Shown here one piece after another: positions 1-10,420 of a stretch of 64,000 nucleotides of DNA. This DNA comes from Nitrospinales bacterium. Lineage in GTDB: Bacteria; Nitrospinota_A; UBA7883; JACRGQ01. The first letter of the stretch is position 1. The number at the start of each line of letters is the position of its first letter. A model generated the notes under the pieces. That model did not search any database. It was not told the origin of the DNA and worked only from the letters and a program-made list of their open reading frames with translations. The position numbers were made by a program, and so were the translations under genes. The stretch spans positions 2,725 through 66,724 of the forward strand of contig JAHFEK010000006.1 of NCBI GenBank assembly GCA_023248495.1, in the 5' to 3' direction.

Positions 1-273
1 GGGGGAATCGATGCGGATGATGATCGCCTTGATGGATTTGTCGTTGGCATATTCCTTGATCTGTTTCACGGTCTCTTCGGAGGTCATGATGGCCCCGAAG
101 ACTTCAACCACGCCGATTTTATCTTTGCCGAGAGAAGCGATTTTTTCACTGCTGGAGCCGCCGCCGAAAGGCAGGATGGAAACGAGGACTATGAAGCCCG
201 CGGAAAGGGCTATTAAAAGAATAAACCCGGCCAGCAACCCTTTTTTATGGGAGTTAGTGGCCGGGTTTTCCAT
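1..273 (-). CDS. sppA: Signal peptide peptidase SppA (S49 family), 5' part; runs off the window
   Basis: Manual translation from ATG at 273: MENPATNSHKKGLLAGFILLIALSAGFIVLVSILPF...KIGVVEVFGAIMTSEETVKQIKEYANDKSIKAIIIRIDSP. It has an N-terminal TM segment and the 'RIDSP(GG)' motif, and rpsA-sppA is a known gene order. Confidence 0.85.
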   Translation of the reverse strand, partial: MENPATNSHKKGLLAGFILLIALSAGFIVLVSILPFGGGSSSEKIASLGKDKIGVVEVFGAIMTSEETVKQIKEYANDKSIKAIIIRIDSP

Positions 274-285
274 GGGTCGGATGGG

Positions 286-1959
<1,674 letters not shown>

Positions 1960-2004
1960 TACGTTAAAACCTCCTGATTTACTAAATTTGCGGCGCCTGC
2001 CGCA

Positions 2005-2652
2005 TTAAGCGAGAAATTGTATGATTTTATCCAGAGTCTCGTCAAGGCTTAAATGGGAATTGTCTATTTCTACCGCACCCGCGGGAACCACCAACGGAGA
2101 AATTAGGCGGCTGGAATCCTTAGAGTCGCGGTCAATTATTTGTTTTACAACGCCTTGCACGTTTTCCGCAGCCTGCCCCATTTGCAGTGCGCGTCGTTTT
2201 CCCCGCTCGGAGGAACTGGCCTTTAGGAAAAATTTATGTTCCGCGTTTGGAAAAACAACGCTTCCGGTGTCGCGCCCTTCGACAATCACTGTCTTGTGTT
2301 TTTGCGCGATGCCGCGTTGCAGGGCCACCATTTTTTTCCGCACGCCGGGGTGGGCCGAAACGGCCGAGACGCTGGCATCGACTTCCGGCGCGCGAATGGC
2401 TGCGGTAACATCGCGTCCGTCGATGAAAACCATTTGGCCACCTTCCGCTTCCTTAAAATCGATGACAATCGCGGCGGCGATGGCATCCAGTTTTCCCGCG
2501 TCATCGGGATTCACCCCGCGTTCAAGCGCAAGCAACGTCACGGCGCGGTACATCGCGCCGGTATCGAGATACACGCCGCCCAGTTTCTTTGCCAGCGCGC
2601 GCGCGGTGCTGCTCTTGCCGCTCCCCGCCGGTCCGTCAAGCGTGATAATCAC
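2005..2652 (-). CDS. cmk: Cytidylate kinase
   Basis: IITLDGPAGSGKSS P-loop, YLDTGAMYRA and EGRDTG motifs; directly upstream of rpsA. Confidence 0.97.
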   Translation of the reverse strand: MIITLDGPAGSGKSSTARALAKKLGGVYLDTGAMYRAVTLLALERGVNPDDAGKLDAIAAAIVIDFKEAEGGQMVFIDGRDVTAAIRAPEVDASVSAVSAHPGVRKKMVALQRGIAQKHKTVIVEGRDTGSVVFPNAEHKFFLKASSSERGKRRALQMGQAAENVQGVVKQIIDRDSKDSSRLISPLVVPAGAVEIDNSHLSLDETLDKIIQFLA

Positions 2653-3521
2653 CTTTTCAATTTTCCGCGGAACTCATTTGCCCGCTTGAACATCCGCATT
2701 AGGGCTTCGCGGTCGCCCGATTGGATGGCGTTTTCGATGGCGGCGAGATTGCCCCGCACGGCGGCGGACATCTCCAGCATCGTCGCGCGGTTCGCCAGCG
2801 CGATATCGGCCCACATCTCGGGGGGCGACCCGGCAATCCGGGTAAAATCCTTAAATCCCCCGGCGGCAAAGTTGAGGAGGTTTTCGCTCCCGTCTATTTC
2901 GCTGACGGTGTTCACCAACGCAAAGACCACCAGATGCGGCAGATGGCTCACCGCTCCCATGACGGTGTCGTGCAGGGCGGGATCCATCAGCACGGTCTTC
3001 ATGCCGGCTCCGCGCCAGAAAGCCGTCAGTTTTTTCAGCGGTTCGGCAGGCGTGTTGGGTGTAGGGGTAATGATGCATTGGTGGTTTTCAAAAAGCGTTT
3101 CAAACGATGACGCGGCCCCCGACTTCTCAGTGCCCGCGATGGGGTGTGAGCCGATAAAGACAAACCGTCCGGCGGCGATTTTTTCTCCCCGCTCCACGAT
3201 ATCTTTTTTTGTGGAACCGCCATCAGTTACCAGCGCCCCCTTTTTTATGTGGGGCGCAATCGCCTTAAGGGTGGGAATAATGGAAAGGACTGGCGGACAC
3301 AGCACGATAAAATCGGCTTCCTTCACCGCATCGTCCGCCGGAAGCGAAGCATCGATGATGCCCAGCTCGAGGGCGGCCTTCAGGTTCGCCTCGCTCCGCC
3401 CGACGCCAATCACCCTATTGGCCATGCCGCGGTTTTTTAATACACGGGCTATAGAACCACCGATAAGCCCTACGCCGATGATGACGGCGGTATTAAATAA
3501 AGGTTTTTCAGTCATTTTCAA
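2649..3521 (-). CDS. tyrA: Prephenate/arogenate dehydrogenase
   Basis: IIGVGLIGGS Rossmann motif, HPIAGTEKSG, SHLPH and GFKDFTRIA motifs. Confidence 0.95.
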   Translation of the reverse strand: MKMTEKPLFNTAVIIGVGLIGGSIARVLKNRGMANRVIGVGRSEANLKAALELGIIDASLPADDAVKEADFIVLCPPVLSIIPTLKAIAPHIKKGALVTDGGSTKKDIVERGEKIAAGRFVFIGSHPIAGTEKSGAASSFETLFENHQCIITPTPNTPAEPLKKLTAFWRGAGMKTVLMDPALHDTVMGAVSHLPHLVVFALVNTVSEIDGSENLLNFAAGGFKDFTRIAGSPPEMWADIALANRATMLEMSAAVRGNLAAIENAIQSGDREALMRMFKRANEFRGKLKR

Positions 3522-3860
3522 GTTTTTCGCAATGGTTTAACTTTACCCGCTTATCACATTAAAAATCAACTGTTTTTAAGGAAAACTCCCAATAAGAGAC
3601 TCGCGAGAGCGTCTTGGATAAAACAAATAAAAACAATGCGTTATTAAGAATAAGCGTGTTATGTAAAAAATTATATATTGTGGTGAATCCTTTTAATGTT
3701 GCCAATATATCATTGATAATATATGCATTGCGCATTATCAAAATTTGATATTACGTCGCCCGATCACTTCACATTTCATTGACTTATTGTTAAGTTGGTG
3801 TTATCATTTTGCCTACAATATCTTACGTGTCAAATCCCCATTCCAGAGAGGTGGCAGCAA

Positions 3861-4364
3861 GTGGAAGAGAAAGAATTTTCGGAGTTGAAAAGAGGCGCGC
3901 GCGTTGTTTATCCTGCGCATGGCGTTGGCATTATCGAGAAAATTGAAAAAATAAAAACGAACGGCGCGGCGGTTCAGTTTTACACGATTCGTATCGACGA
4001 ATCGGGCATGACGATCCGCGTCCCCTCTTCCCGCGCCCAGCAGGTCGGCATCCGCAATGTGATGTCCGAAGGGGAAGTGCGCAAGGTTCTCAAACTGTTG
4101 CGTGAAAAAGGGAAAGTGGTTAACGGCGTTAACTGGCACAAGCGGCAAAAAAGCTACATTGACCGCATAAAGTCCGGCTCGGTTTTGGAATTGGCGGAGA
4201 TACTGCGTGAACTGACCCTCATTCAAGCCAAAAAGGAACTGTCGTTCGGCGAACAGCGGATGTACGACAACGTCCGGCAACTTATGGTGGTGGAAATCGC
4301 GGAGGCGAAGGGGATACTGAAGGACGCCGCCGCCAAATTGCTCGATAAGGCGTTCACAGCCTGA
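3861..4364 (+). CDS. carD: CarD family transcriptional regulator
   Basis: VVYPAHGVGII motif and NWHKRQK...LSFGE. GTG start at 3861 follows a GAGAGG RBS; the carD-PIN/TRAM-ispD context is conserved. Confidence 0.92.
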   Translation: MEEKEFSELKRGARVVYPAHGVGIIEKIEKIKTNGAAVQFYTIRIDESGMTIRVPSSRAQQVGIRNVMSEGEVRKVLKLLREKGKVVNGVNWHKRQKSYIDRIKSGSVLELAEILRELTLIQAKKELSFGEQRMYDNVRQLMVVEIAEAKGILKDAAAKLLDKAFTA

Positions 4365-4389
4365 CGCTGACCGCAGACAAGGCATCTCA

Positions 4390-5436
4390 ATGTTGATGTT
4401 TCGCCTGCTGTTCATCCTGCTCGGCGCTGTTTTAGGCGGCTTTATAGGCCACCTGGGAGCCAGCGGCGTTTATTACACCCTTCGGATACTATCCATCGCC
4501 GAAGGGGCGGTTTTCGGCACGGTTATGGCCTCGTTGGCGGTGGCGGCGGAGATGAAACTCCGCACGCTGAAACTCCGGGCCATTGCCGGAGCGGCGTTCG
4601 GTATTTTCACGTCGCTCATCCTGGCGAACCTCCTGACCTACGCGTTGACCGGCCTTTCGCTTACTCCCTCCACCGGAAACCGCATCCTCATCCTTATGGT
4701 TAACCTCACCGCCGCGTTCATCGGCGCCTCCGTCGGTCTGCGCATTATCGAAGAGGTGGATCTCACCGTGATCAGCAAAATCATCAGGGGCAAATCGGAT
4801 TTTGGCCTTTTGCCGAAAGTGCTGGACACCAGCGTACTTATTGACGGCCGTATCGCCGATGTGGCGGAGACCGGTTTTATGGATGGAACCATCGTCGTTC
4901 CCGCGTTCGTGCTGGCGGAGTTGCACCAGATCGCCGACTCGCAGGATGACCTGAAGAAAACCCGCGGCCGCCGCGGCATTGAAGTGGTGCACCGCCTGCA
5001 GCAAAACGCGCTCTTCGACGTGCGAATAGTGAACGAGGATTTCCCCCGCATCAAAGAGGTGGATCACAAACTGATCGAGCTGTGCAAAAAAATCGACGGT
5101 AAAATCGTGACCAACGATTTCAACCTGAACAAGCTGGCCGAGCTGCATGGCGTCGGCGCGGTGAACATCAATTTGCTCGCCACCTCCACGCGGCCGCTGC
5201 TGCTGCCGGGGGAAGAACTTTTCTCCATGCTGGTGGTGAAAGAAGGCAAAGAACCGGGCCAGGGGCTTGCCTATCTGGAAGACGGCACGATGGTTGTCGT
5301 GGATAACGCCCGGAAACGGATCGGCCATAAGGTGAACGTGCAGGTAACCTCCGTGCTGCAAACCCCCACCGGAAGGATGATCTTCGCGAAATTTCTATCG
5401 GAACCCGGCGGATCGTCCGCCGCCGAAAGGGAGTGA
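4390..5436 (+). CDS. Membrane-anchored PIN/TRAM domain protein (YacL-like)
   Basis: N-terminal TM helices, KVLDTSVLIDGRI PIN motif, TNDFNLNK, and a C-terminal TRAM domain (YLEDGTMVVVD...VTSVLQTPTGRMIFA). Confidence 0.93.
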   Translation: MLMFRLLFILLGAVLGGFIGHLGASGVYYTLRILSIAEGAVFGTVMASLAVAAEMKLRTLKLRAIAGAAFGIFTSLILANLLTYALTGLSLTPSTGNRILILMVNLTAAFIGASVGLRIIEEVDLTVISKIIRGKSDFGLLPKVLDTSVLIDGRIADVAETGFMDGTIVVPAFVLAELHQIADSQDDLKKTRGRRGIEVVHRLQQNALFDVRIVNEDFPRIKEVDHKLIELCKKIDGKIVTNDFNLNKLAELHGVGAVNINLLATSTRPLLLPGEELFSMLVVKEGKEPGQGLAYLEDGTMVVVDNARKRIGHKVNVQVTSVLQTPTGRMIFAKFLSEPGGSSAAERE

Positions 5437-5443
5437 GCCGGTT

Positions 5444-6157
5444 GTGGGCCGCCCCACCATCACGGCGGTAATCCCCGCCGCCGGATCCGGCAGCCGTATG
5501 GGCGCCGCCGTTCCCAAGCAGTTCATGGAACTTAACGGGCACCCGCTGCTCGACTGGACCCTTGCCGCCATTTCCCAGGCCGATGAAATAACATCGATCA
5601 TCCTGGTGACACCGCCGGATGATGTGGCGCGCCTGACCGGGAAATATGTGGAAAACGCCCGTTGGCCGAAAATAACCCGCGCCATCGCCGGAGGAACAAC
5701 ACGCGCCACCTCGGTCTATAACGGGGTACGGGCCGCCGAGACCGAATGGATTTTGGCGCATGACGCGGCACGCCCGTTCGTCAGCCCCGCGCTGGTGCGC
5801 CGTACCGTCGAGGCCGCGCTGCGGCACGGCGCGGCCACCGCCGCAATCGCCGCGCACGATACGCTGAAAACGCGCGACGGGGATTTTTTAGGCGAATCGA
5901 TCAACCGCGCCACCGCGCTTATCATCCAGACGCCGCAAGTCTTCCGCTCGGCGGATCTCATCGCCGCGCACGAACGGCTACGGCACGAGGGAAAGGAATG
6001 GACCGACGAAACGTCGCTTCTGCAACATGCCGGAATAAAGGTCGCGTGGGTGCCGGGTGAAGCGGCGAATATGAAGATCACCACGCCGGATGATTTCCGG
6101 ATGGCGCAGGTAATGGCGGAGCGGAGCCCTTTTGTGAAGGGCCCCGCCCGCATATAG
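5444..6157 (+). CDS. ispD: 2-C-methyl-D-erythritol 4-phosphate cytidylyltransferase
   Basis: PAAGSGSRMG..PKQF, HDAARP, QTPQVF and NMKITTPDD motifs. Confidence 0.96.
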   Translation: MGRPTITAVIPAAGSGSRMGAAVPKQFMELNGHPLLDWTLAAISQADEITSIILVTPPDDVARLTGKYVENARWPKITRAIAGGTTRATSVYNGVRAAETEWILAHDAARPFVSPALVRRTVEAALRHGAATAAIAAHDTLKTRDGDFLGESINRATALIIQTPQVFRSADLIAAHERLRHEGKEWTDETSLLQHAGIKVAWVPGEAANMKITTPDDFRMAQVMAERSPFVKGPARI

Positions 6158-6185
6158 AAAGCCTCCTTGTTTAAGGCGCGCCGTT

Positions 6186-6220
6186 ACGCGCCCCGTGTTC
6201 GCGGGGCGCGTTCTGCGTTT
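6186..6220. terminator. Hairpin between convergent ispD and flagellin (probable terminator)
   Basis: ACGCGCCCCG...CGGGGCGCGT stem followed by a T-rich tail. Confidence 0.5.
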
Positions 6221-6226
6221 GTAAAA

Positions 6227-7078
6227 TCAGCCAAGCAGCTGGAGCACGGTCTGGGGCACCATGTTCGCCTGCGCCAAGATCGAGGTGGAAGCCTGCACCA
6301 GAATCTGGTTCCGGGTGAACTTCGAGATTTCCGTCGCATAGTCCGCGTCGCGTATCTGCGATTCGGCGGCGGTCAGGTTTTCAGCCGATACCGACAGGTT
6401 GGCCAGGGTATGCACGAGGCGGTTTTGCACGGCGCCGAGGCGGCCGCGGCCGTCCGTCACCTTGCTGATGGCGCTGTCGATATTTGCCAGCGAAGCCAAG
6501 GCGGATTGCGCGGTGAGCACGCTGGTGTTCTGCACCGCCAAGCCGGTGGTGGTGATGGCGGTCAGGTCGACGGCGGTGTTCAGGTTGATCCTATCGTTGG
6601 TGGTGGCGCGGATACCAACCTGGATAACCACCGAAGCGGTTGCGCCGGAGCTGAGTGAACCATCCACCAGTTTCTGCCCGTTGAATTCCGTCACCGCCGA
6701 GATGCGGTCGATTTCCGACTTGAGGGCCTGGAATTCGCGGTCGATCGTTTTGCGTTCGGTGCTGCCGACGGTGCCGGTAGCCGCCTGCGAAGCCAGTTCG
6801 CGCATACGGACAAGGATCGAGGATTGCTCGGAGAGCGCTCCTTCCGCCGTGTTGATGAGGCTGATGCCGTCATTGCCGTTGCGGGTGGCTTGGTTCAGCG
6901 AGCGGATCTGCGACCGCAGACCTTCCGAAATGGACAACCCGGCCGCGTCGTCCGCCGCCTTGTTTATCCGCATACCAGAGGAAAGTTTTTCCAGCGAAGA
7001 ACCCAAGTTGCTGCTGTTCGTCGCCAAGTTTCTTTGTGCGTTGACAGAGAAAAGGTTGTTATAAACTCGTAAAGCCAT
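6227..7078 (-). CDS. fliC: Flagellin (short, 283 aa)
   Basis: MALRVYNN...LEKLSSGMRINKAADDAAGL and ESQIRDADYA...QILVQASTSILAQAN. ATG at 7078 follows a GGAGGA RBS. Confidence 0.97.
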   Translation of the reverse strand: MALRVYNNLFSVNAQRNLATNSSNLGSSLEKLSSGMRINKAADDAAGLSISEGLRSQIRSLNQATRNGNDGISLINTAEGALSEQSSILVRMRELASQAATGTVGSTERKTIDREFQALKSEIDRISAVTEFNGQKLVDGSLSSGATASVVIQVGIRATTNDRINLNTAVDLTAITTTGLAVQNTSVLTAQSALASLANIDSAISKVTDGRGRLGAVQNRLVHTLANLSVSAENLTAAESQIRDADYATEISKFTRNQILVQASTSILAQANMVPQTVLQLLG

Positions 7079-7101
7079 GATCGTATCCTCCTTGAAAATT
7101 T

Positions 7102-7113
7102 GGCTTCCTTGCC
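7102..7113 (-). promoter_or_regulatory. Putative CsrA/RsmA-binding hairpin in the flagellin leader
   Basis: GGC-AAGGAA-GCC stem-loop with GGA in the loop, just upstream of the AAGGAGGA Shine-Dalgarno. This arrangement is known for CsrA-controlled flagellin mRNAs such as B. subtilis hag. Confidence 0.6.
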
Positions 7114-7488
7114 ATACCACCGCGGAAAATCCGCGACCCGCCACAAAAGGACGGCCGGACGCGCGTGGCGGCGCGCCCGCATTCCCCGCCACCCCAGCCG
7201 GGAATGTGTCGAAACGGGTTCAAAGGCTGTTTCTGGTCGAAGTCCTCCTTCATATTGGATGAAACTTTTACAAAATTTCATCCGATTCCCACGTTTTAGA
7301 ATTGCCCCGTTCGTTCGCGGTTCGCATGTGGAGTTTTTGAGAGGAACGGGCGGAGGGAGGTGTGTCCGTTGATGGTTGTTACCCACCGGCGGAACACCGA
7401 ACCCCCGGCGTTCTTGCCTTTGAAACCCTACGTTGCGAAACGCCAACTGTTTACCCCGTGGCGCTTCTCACTCTTTTATCTAGATAAC

Positions 7489-7516
7489 TTATCGACCCGG
7501 CAAAAATTTCCCATGA
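7489..7516 (-). promoter_or_regulatory. Possible sigma-28 promoter for flagellin
   Basis: Minus strand reads TCATG-N15-GTCGATAA. The -10 is 7/8 to GCCGATAA; the -35 and spacing are imperfect. Confidence 0.3.
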
Positions 7517-7654
7517 GGCCTATTTGTGGGTGCGGAAGAAAAGGATGCAGGAACTAAAGTTTTGCTTTTATTCGCCGGGGGAGGAGGCCTGCAAAGGGGG
7601 GACCCGCTCCCATCGGCCATGCCGTGAAGGGATAAAGAAAATTCTCGCGAGCGG

Positions 7655-9364
7655 TTAACTAGAGGGAGATGCTGAAGCGTAGGGTGCCGATTCGGGGAGA
7701 AATTCCATGAAGAATGTGGAGCCTGATGGGGATGTTTCAGCCCGCAGCAGACCGCCGTGGAGGCTCATGATGTCTTGGCAGTAAGGAAGTCCGAGGCCGG
7801 TTCCCCTTTCCCCGGCCGTTCCCCTGGTGCTGGTCATAACTTCATATTTAAAAATATCGGGCATTATGGCCTCGTGGACGCCGATGCCGGTATCCCTGAC
7901 GGCAAGAATATGGGGAGCCGGCGCGAACAGGGTAATTGTTCCCCCCTGCTGGGTAAACTTGATGGCGTTTGTAAGCAGATTCACGATTACTTCACCCAGC
8001 AAATCGACATCGCCCGTCAACTCCCATTTTAGGGGAATTTCATTTTGTATCATGATCCCTTTTTGCGACGCCGCGAGGGAGATTTTTTCAATCCATTTTC
8101 GCGCGAACGCATGAAGATAGAAGCGGCTTTTGTTGAGACTGATATTGCCGGCCTGCAAACGGCTCACATCGAGAATCTTCCCGGCACTTTCCATTAAATC
8201 ATCGGCGATCTTTTCCGAGGTGGCCAGCCAGCTGGCGATATCCGTTTTATTCGCGTCATTGTTATCTTTCGCCGCGCGGGAAAACTGGATATACCCCTTG
8301 ATCGTCGCCAGCGGCTCCCGGATGTTATGCGAAACCAGCGCCACGAAACGATCCTTTAGCCGCGTGGCGTCCTCGGCCCGTTCCTTCGCCACCCGCAATT
8401 CCTCGGTGCGCTCGTCCACGCGCCGCTGGTAGCGGCCGACGGTGAAACGGGTGGCCGCGAGAACTATCAGGGTGATAACAAGGCAAACCGCCAGATTGCC
8501 GTACAGTGTTTTTCGCAAACCGGCAAGCGAAGGATTCACGTCCTGCTCCACCAGCAGATACCATTGCAGCTCTTTTATAAAACGGGCGTTGACCAGCGCC
8601 GTTCTCCCTTGCTGGCGGTATTCAAACGACCCATGCTCCGATGAAAGGAGGGCGGGGGCGATTTCCCTGATGCCCGCCTCCTCCTTGATGTTGCGGTACG
8701 AATCGGCACTGCCGCTTCCCTTCAAGACAACGCTCCCCGCGCGGTCGACAAAAAAAATGTTGCGGCCATACCGGCTTTGATAATTCTCGATGACCTTGCG
8801 CGCCGAATCGACGGCCAGTCCGACGCCGGCGGCGCCGATAAAATGTCCGTTGTAATCGAATACGCGGTGATTGATGAAAATAGTCATGGTATCGCGGTTG
8901 GCCATATCCAGATCAACGTTGATTTCATAATCCGGCGTCATGCTCCGTACGCGGTAATACCAGACATCGCGCGGTTCGCCCTCCCGCACTTTTTTCAGAA
9001 TACCGTTGGCGTGGTAGTACACGCCCGTCTTTTCCGAAACGAAGAACGAGGTGAACGCGCCATGCTTATCCAGAATCCCCTTTAGGTACCTCGTAATTTC
9101 GGAGGTGTCGCGCTCGCCGCGCAATGTCCAATCGCGTAAAAAAGTGTCGTCGGCCATGAACGCGGAAATTAATATTGGGCGGAGAAGGTCGCGCTGGATT
9201 TCGGAGTAGATGTTATCGCTGGTGATGGGCAATTCGCGGGCGATGATCGCCTCGCGCACCGCCGCCTTGGACACGAAGTAGCTGGCGAGACTGGTGGCGA
9301 AGAACCCCGCCACCAGCAAAATGCTGATGAGGATGATAAGACGCCTGCTCTCGCCTATTTCCAT
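7655..9364 (-). CDS. Sensor histidine kinase with periplasmic Cache-like domain
   Basis: Two TM segments flank a periplasmic domain. H-box FVALVSHNIREPL, N-box NLLTNAIKF, G-boxes DTGIG and GTGLGL. Confidence 0.93.
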   Translation of the reverse strand: MEIGESRRLIILISILLVAGFFATSLASYFVSKAAVREAIIARELPITSDNIYSEIQRDLLRPILISAFMADDTFLRDWTLRGERDTSEITRYLKGILDKHGAFTSFFVSEKTGVYYHANGILKKVREGEPRDVWYYRVRSMTPDYEINVDLDMANRDTMTIFINHRVFDYNGHFIGAAGVGLAVDSARKVIENYQSRYGRNIFFVDRAGSVVLKGSGSADSYRNIKEEAGIREIAPALLSSEHGSFEYRQQGRTALVNARFIKELQWYLLVEQDVNPSLAGLRKTLYGNLAVCLVITLIVLAATRFTVGRYQRRVDERTEELRVAKERAEDATRLKDRFVALVSHNIREPLATIKGYIQFSRAAKDNNDANKTDIASWLATSEKIADDLMESAGKILDVSRLQAGNISLNKSRFYLHAFARKWIEKISLAASQKGIMIQNEIPLKWELTGDVDLLGEVIVNLLTNAIKFTQQGGTITLFAPAPHILAVRDTGIGVHEAIMPDIFKYEVMTSTRGTAGERGTGLGLPYCQDIMSLHGGLLRAETSPSGSTFFMEFLPESAPYASASPSS

Positions 9365-9469
9365 CGCCTCTCCATTTCCAAGTTCATTGAAGAGCCATTC
9401 GGTTGGCTAGCTTTGGATTGACTGTTCCGCATATACTACCACGCAATTTTTATCATGCCATTCACGCCG

Positions 9470-9720
9470 CCGGTATGCGGAGGCGCATCTCAGGCGGGGG
9501 GGTGTCATCTGAGCCATTGGCGGTGGAATAGCCTTTAGGCCACATCCTGCGGTAGACCCTCCCCCCGGTACCACAAATTTTAATCTGTGGTTGTTTCCAC
9601 GGGAAACAAGAACTCTTGGCCCTAACAGGCCAACAACAGAATGAATTCTGTTGTACCGACATCTCACACCTCTGTTGGCGTGGTTATAGCCCCTCTTCGT
9701 CCCATACCTCGTTACGTCAC
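9470..9720 (-). ncRNA. Candidate structured RNA (unclassified, multi-hairpin)
   Basis: At least seven adjacent stems, four of them enclosed by CGGTAC/GTACCG. Four stem imperfections read as G-U pairs only on the minus strand. Confidence 0.45.
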
Positions 9721-9817
9721 GCCGATTGGTGATTAGCAAAAATAACCCTTCTTTGGTATTGACTTTGCAGGGGGGGGTATAAAATGTGCTCATACTTTTT
9801 TACAGGAGAGGGCGCAT

Positions 9818-10351
9818 ATGAAACAAGAAATCTTTGGATCAAGAAAAAACATTTTCTTCTTACTTTTCATTTCCATGTTTGTATTTCAGGCCAATTTTGC
9901 CAGGGCTGATGAATGGGAAGATGCTGGATATAGCACTTACTCAGCACCAATGCTAAAGAAGAATTTTTCTTTTTCAACTCCAGATGAGGTCAGGCAATTC
10001 ACGACGAAGTATTGCAAAGCAGGGCTTGCATTATTAGAGGGCAAGGGACATGCATACCCAGGAAGCTTTGTTTCTCCCCCGTCAAATCCCAACGATGATG
10101 ATGGCACACATTGTTATATGTTTAATGGCCAAATATTTCAAGTGCTGGGAGAAAATGAGGGTCTTTACGAAGATTACGAACATAGGAACAAAATATTTTA
10201 TGTCTCATTCGGCAAAGAGGGCCGGGCAACTTCTTTTTTTACTGCCATTGTAACCGTCAAGGGGAGCTACAAATACCAGTCAAACGCTGGCATACAGATA
10301 GTTCCGAGGTTAAAAATTCTTAGAACAGCAAAGAGAGGGGAGAATGAATAG
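9818..10351 (+). CDS. Hypothetical exported protein
   Basis: 177-aa ORF with AGGAG RBS and a signal-peptide-like N-terminus (ending ANFARA). AT-richer than its flanks; family not recognised. Confidence 0.7.
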   Translation: MKQEIFGSRKNIFFLLFISMFVFQANFARADEWEDAGYSTYSAPMLKKNFSFSTPDEVRQFTTKYCKAGLALLEGKGHAYPGSFVSPPSNPNDDDGTHCYMFNGQIFQVLGENEGLYEDYEHRNKIFYVSFGKEGRATSFFTAIVTVKGSYKYQSNAGIQIVPRLKILRTAKRGENE

Positions 10352-10420
10352 CTAGCGGCTGGCGATAGATGTAAATGACGAAAATGCTTCGTATTTCTAA
10401 ACCCGAAATTGGAGGTCGAT

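Noticed and set aside
7555-7581. Plus-strand TAAAGTTT-N11-GCCGGGGG sigma-28-like motif
   Set aside because: The -10 half is poor, and it points away from flagellin into the 3' end of a convergent gene.
9464-9502. Plus-strand CCGCCGGTATGCG-GAGG-CGCAT...GGCGG resembling group II intron domain V
   Set aside because: The resemblance is loose, and no upstream intron domains, domain VI or maturase are visible.
9407-9793. 128-aa and 66-aa minus-strand ORFs over the hairpin region
   Set aside because: No RBS or protein-like composition; the dense base-pairing better explains the sequence.
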